Shown in pieces: positions 60,529 through 64,000 of a stretch of DNA of 64,000 nt. This DNA is from Nitrosopumilus sp. Lineage in GTDB: Archaea > Thermoproteota > Nitrososphaeria > Nitrososphaerales > Nitrosopumilaceae. Numbering within the stretch: the first letter of the stretch is position 1; every line of letters begins with the position of its first letter. A program made the position numbers and the translations under genes. The DNA is taken from positions 1,056,001 to 1,120,000 of the forward strand of contig OZ240211.1 of assembly GCA_965197525.1 (NCBI GenBank), in the 5' to 3' direction. The notes under the pieces were generated by a model, which did not search any database, was not told where the DNA came from, and worked only from the letters and a program-made list of their open reading frames with translations.

Positions 60529-62026
60529 GAGAAAAGTTCTAGGTCCAGCATATAGAAGATTTGTAAGGCCTACAATTCAAGCCTATACAATTAAAAAAAT
60601 TGCATCAAGTCAATTAAGAGATTTGAAAAGAAAAGAATCAGACGATATACGGCTAGTTGGATTCTTGCAGATGCACAATGAGAGCAAGAAAGGAAATTTG
60701 GAGAGGGTATTAAAACATCTATCAAGATTCTGCAATGACATTGTAGTTTATGATGACGGGTCAACTGACAACAGTTATGAAATTGCCTCTAAATTTACAA
60801 AAAATATAATCAGATCTACTGTAAATGATTTTAAAAGCGAGATTGCACATAAACAAGAATTATTAGAGTTGGGACTAGCTCTAAACCCGGACTGGATAGC
60901 TTGGCTTGATGCAGACGAGGTCTTTGACAGGGATGGTGAGCTGTACGCAATCAGGGATTTGTGCAGGTACGGAGATAGTAAACATATTGATGGTTTCTCA
61001 TTTTTAGAGTTTAATCTTTGGAAGAGTATGTCAGAATACAGGGTTGATGAGCTATGGCACAAGTTATGGCAGATTAGATTGTGGAAAAATAATGGCAATC
61101 TTGCATTTGGAGAAGAATACGGATTGCACAAAAAAATTAGTCCAAATGGGATGAAAAAGATATGTAAAACGGATGTAAAAGTAATTCATTATGGTTTTTC
61201 AAGCGAAAAAAAGATTGATGGAAAATATCAGATGTATAAAAAGCACGGGCAAACAGGTGTGGCGCTAGAAAGAATCAAGGATGAAAAAGATATCAATTTA
61301 AAACCATTTTCAAGAGACTGGTTTCCATTATCGACTCTCAAGGTTGCCGTAGTCTGTTTAATCTACAAATCAACAAAATATTTAGAGTTTGTTTTAAATT
61401 CATTTAACAGACATACAACAGATGCGGAACTATTATTTATTGCAAATGATGCAACAGATAAAGTAAAAGATTGTCTTGATAAAAATAAAATCAATCATTT
61501 AATTTTTGAGAATAAAGACAAAGACGAGTATTACATCAAACGAGTGTACCGAGCGTGGAATTTTGGAGGTAATAATGCAGATGGGGACATTATCGTATTT
61601 GTAAACTCAGATATGGCGTTTTCTGAGAACTGGCTGGAGAATCTTTTAAAAAATTTAAAAAAAGATAGAATTGTAACATCAAGACTGGTAGAATCTGGAA
61701 AACTGATATCAGGGGATACGGCAATTTCAAAGAATTTTGGCAAGAGTCATAGCGAGTTTGACCAATTACAGTTTGAAAATTTTGTCAAAGGGGTTAAAGA
61801 GGATAAGATTGTCAAGGGCGGACTGTATATGCCCTGTGCAATCTATAAAGATACTTTTGTAAAGAGTGGAGGGTACCCAATAGGCAATACGGTAGAAAAA
61901 TCCGGTAAGACGGTATCAGGCGATCGAATATTTTTTTATAAAACACTAGGAGCAATGAATATCCGACATTATACAGTGGCAGATAGTATCGTATACCACA
62001 TTCAGGAAGGAGAGATGGACGAGTAA
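60509..62026 (+). CDS. Glycosyltransferase with two GT-A (GT2-like) domains
   Basis: Domain 1 YDDGSTD...LDADE; domain 2 IAND...FVNSDM...YHIQEGE. Confidence 0.8.
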   Translation: MNRLTIRRKVLGPAYRRFVRPTIQAYTIKKIASSQLRDLKRKESDDIRLVGFLQMHNESKKGNLERVLKHLSRFCNDIVVYDDGSTDNSYEIASKFTKNIIRSTVNDFKSEIAHKQELLELGLALNPDWIAWLDADEVFDRDGELYAIRDLCRYGDSKHIDGFSFLEFNLWKSMSEYRVDELWHKLWQIRLWKNNGNLAFGEEYGLHKKISPNGMKKICKTDVKVIHYGFSSEKKIDGKYQMYKKHGQTGVALERIKDEKDINLKPFSRDWFPLSTLKVAVVCLIYKSTKYLEFVLNSFNRHTTDAELLFIANDATDKVKDCLDKNKINHLIFENKDKDEYYIKRVYRAWNFGGNNADGDIIVFVNSDMAFSENWLENLLKNLKKDRIVTSRLVESGKLISGDTAISKNFGKSHSEFDQLQFENFVKGVKEDKIVKGGLYMPCAIYKDTFVKSGGYPIGNTVEKSGKTVSGDRIFFYKTLGAMNIRHYTVADSIVYHIQEGEMDE

Positions 62027-62124
62027 TTGATGTTAATGAGTAACAATGGATAAATGTATCAAACAATCCATAGTAAAAAAAAAGAATGTGCTAAATTATA
62101 TAGGAACAGTAAGGGTTTAAAGAA

Positions 62125-63321
62125 ATGTCACTAAAATACATGATTGTACTAGGCATAAGACCGGATATTATCAACTATCAGCCAATTGTAACTGAATTAA
62201 ACAAAAAAAGATGCGACTATGTAGTAGTGCATACAGGACAGCACTATTCATATTTTTTTGATGGGTTGTTTTTCAAACAACTAAAATTTCCAAAACCAGA
62301 CTATCACCTAAAGGTAGGTTCAGGTACACAGGCCCAACAGTTGGGAGTCCTAATTCAGAGATTTGAAAAAGTATTACTAAAAGAGAGACCCGACTTGGTT
62401 TTCTCATTCTCTGATGCAAATCCCGCACTATCAGCAATTGTAGCATCAAAGATGGGAATTAAGATTGCACATCTAGAGTCAGGAATGAGAAGCTATGACT
62501 GGAGAATGCCTGAGGAAAAGAATCGTAGACTGATAGACAGCATTTCAGACTATCTGTTTACACCCACATCAATTACCAAACAGAATCTGTTACGTGAAGG
62601 ACATCCCGCACATAAAATTTTTCAGGTAGGAAAGCCAATCTATGACGTCTTACATAATTTCAGAGAAGAGATAGAACAAAATAAGATTTTAGATAGATTA
62701 CAGTTAGAAGAGAAAGACTATTTTTTGGTAACAGCACACAGACCGGAAAATGTTGGAGTCAAAAGACCGTTAAAAAATATCATACAGGCACTAAACGAAC
62801 TACACAAAAAATATGAAAAAGATATAATTTTTCCCATTCATCCAAGAACACGCAAATCAATAAAACAATTTTCCATAAAATTATCCAAGGGAATTAGATT
62901 GTTGGACCCCGTAGGATTTTTAGAGTTTTCAAAGCTAGAAAAGAACGCGTTTTGCTGCGTTACGGACTCAGGCACGGTGCAAGAGGATTCGTGCATCTTC
63001 AAGGTGCCGTGTGTGACAATTAGGGTGAGTACGGAACGTTCAGAGACAGTACGAGTAGGCTCAAACATTGTTGCAGGCTTGAACAAGAAACACATCATGC
63101 AAGCAGTAGATATCATGGTAAGTAAAAAAAATAATTGGAAGAATCCGTATGGTAAACCAAACAGTGCAGAAAAGACGGTAAAAATTTTGGAAGAGAAGAG
63201 AAGAGAGATTCTAAAACCAAAGGTGTGGTGGAATCATCCCAAAGTTCAGAGGAGTAACGAGGTTAGCACATATCGAAATAAATGGAGAGATCCGCTGTTC
63301 CCTGATGAAACGTTTGACTAG
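62125..63321 (+). CDS. wecB: UDP-N-acetylglucosamine 2-epimerase (non-hydrolysing)
   Basis: GIRPD, HTGQHY, HLESG.RS, PEEKNR, HRPEN, HPRT, TDSGTVQE. Confidence 0.93.
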   Translation: MSLKYMIVLGIRPDIINYQPIVTELNKKRCDYVVVHTGQHYSYFFDGLFFKQLKFPKPDYHLKVGSGTQAQQLGVLIQRFEKVLLKERPDLVFSFSDANPALSAIVASKMGIKIAHLESGMRSYDWRMPEEKNRRLIDSISDYLFTPTSITKQNLLREGHPAHKIFQVGKPIYDVLHNFREEIEQNKILDRLQLEEKDYFLVTAHRPENVGVKRPLKNIIQALNELHKKYEKDIIFPIHPRTRKSIKQFSIKLSKGIRLLDPVGFLEFSKLEKNAFCCVTDSGTVQEDSCIFKVPCVTIRVSTERSETVRVGSNIVAGLNKKHIMQAVDIMVSKKNNWKNPYGKPNSAEKTVKILEEKRREILKPKVWWNHPKVQRSNEVSTYRNKWRDPLFPDETFD

Positions 63322-63556
63322 TGACAGAGAGCATCTATAGAGTTAATAATAAAACATTATCTTATTTCAGTTATATTGATTCAAGTGGCAAACAACTACA
63401 GCTATAAACTGTTGCGTAATGGTGTCGTTTTTTGAAGTTGTTTTTGATCATCTAGCTGGACAATATTTGAGTTATTTTAATTATGAAGCTCATTTTAGAT
63501 CCAACTAGACAGAATTCTAATCTTATCACACATCAGCAACAAATCCTCTATAATAG

Positions 63557-64000
63557 CTAGTTTTTCTTTCTTTTCTTCCTGTATTTTTTAATTATGGTCT
63601 CTGTCGTAGATTTTGGAAGAGTTTTGAACATTACATCTCTGATACCAGATCTTACTCTTACCATAATTGGTTTTGCTCTTTTGTATTTTTTCAAAGCTAT
63701 CCTGTAATCTCTTTGCTTTTCTTTATCTAACTGGTTTAGAATACGCGTTCTAATCTTATTTTCATTATCTATGGACTCCCACATACCGTTTGTCTTTGTA
63801 AGTTGGTTTTGATGAACTCTGTACTTTGCTAAAATTTTTGGAACAAGGTGTAATCTGAATTTATGTAAAATACATAATCTTAACCATAGTTCAACATCTT
63901 CTAAAAAGATCACATTCTCATCAAACATGCCAAATCTATCAAATGCTGATTTGTGAATTAGACTGGTGATCCCGTTTCCTATGTAATGATCCAATAGTAT
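63557..64000 (-). CDS. Glycosyltransferase family 2, 3' part (starts outside window)
   Basis: FDE...EDVELWLR...LAKYRVH. Confidence 0.8.
   Translation of the reverse strand: MLLDHYIGNGITSLIHKSAFDRFGMFDENVIFLEDVELWLRLCILHKFRLHLVPKILAKYRVHQNQLTKTNGMWESIDNENKIRTRILNQLDKEKQRDYRIALKKYKRAKPIMVRVRSGIRDVMFKTLPKSTTETIIKKYRKKRKKN

Noticed and set aside
1-64000. CRISPR array, rRNA, integrase/att-bounded provirus
   Set aside because: No repeat-spacer pattern, rRNA-like stretch, tyrosine/serine integrase or capsid gene was recognised.

Overview
Archaeal chromosome segment, almost certainly an ammonia-oxidising thaumarchaeote (Nitrosopumilaceae-like). Support comes from archaeal RadA, histone, S17e, Cgi121, a cupredoxin and an IPxWV..AGWW-repeat surface protein. 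The heavy IS load and many pseudogenes suggest a host-associated (e.g. sponge) lineage, which is inference. Layout: (1) 1-26.6 kb is mostly conserved core (purA start, yggX-like, radA, rlmN, tsaC/sua5, THUMP, Ubl-cgi121, rps17e, tatD, histone, tRNA-Cys, tRNA-Thr, pmm, thiL, mtnA, pgi/pmi). It is interrupted by two IS5-family elements stacked in one 8-bp target site just upstream of radA and by an intact IS630. (2) About 26.7-47 kb is an IS-riddled accessory/defence island: Panacea/SocA-like protein + RelE-like toxin, CARF-like/wHTH regulator, a type II R-M pair whose endonuclease 5' end is scrambled, an AbrB-like gene with a repeat array, a SNF2-SWIM pair between IS481 remnants, a divergent wHTH pair, a 92-bp MITE and an HNH remnant. 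(3) 47.2-53.6 kb is a complete nurA-herA-mre11-rad50 operon. (4) 53.7-64 kb is a surface-glycan cluster (epimerases, glycosyltransferases, methyltransferases). No CRISPR array or rRNA was seen. All family assignments come from motif recognition by eye, not database searches.
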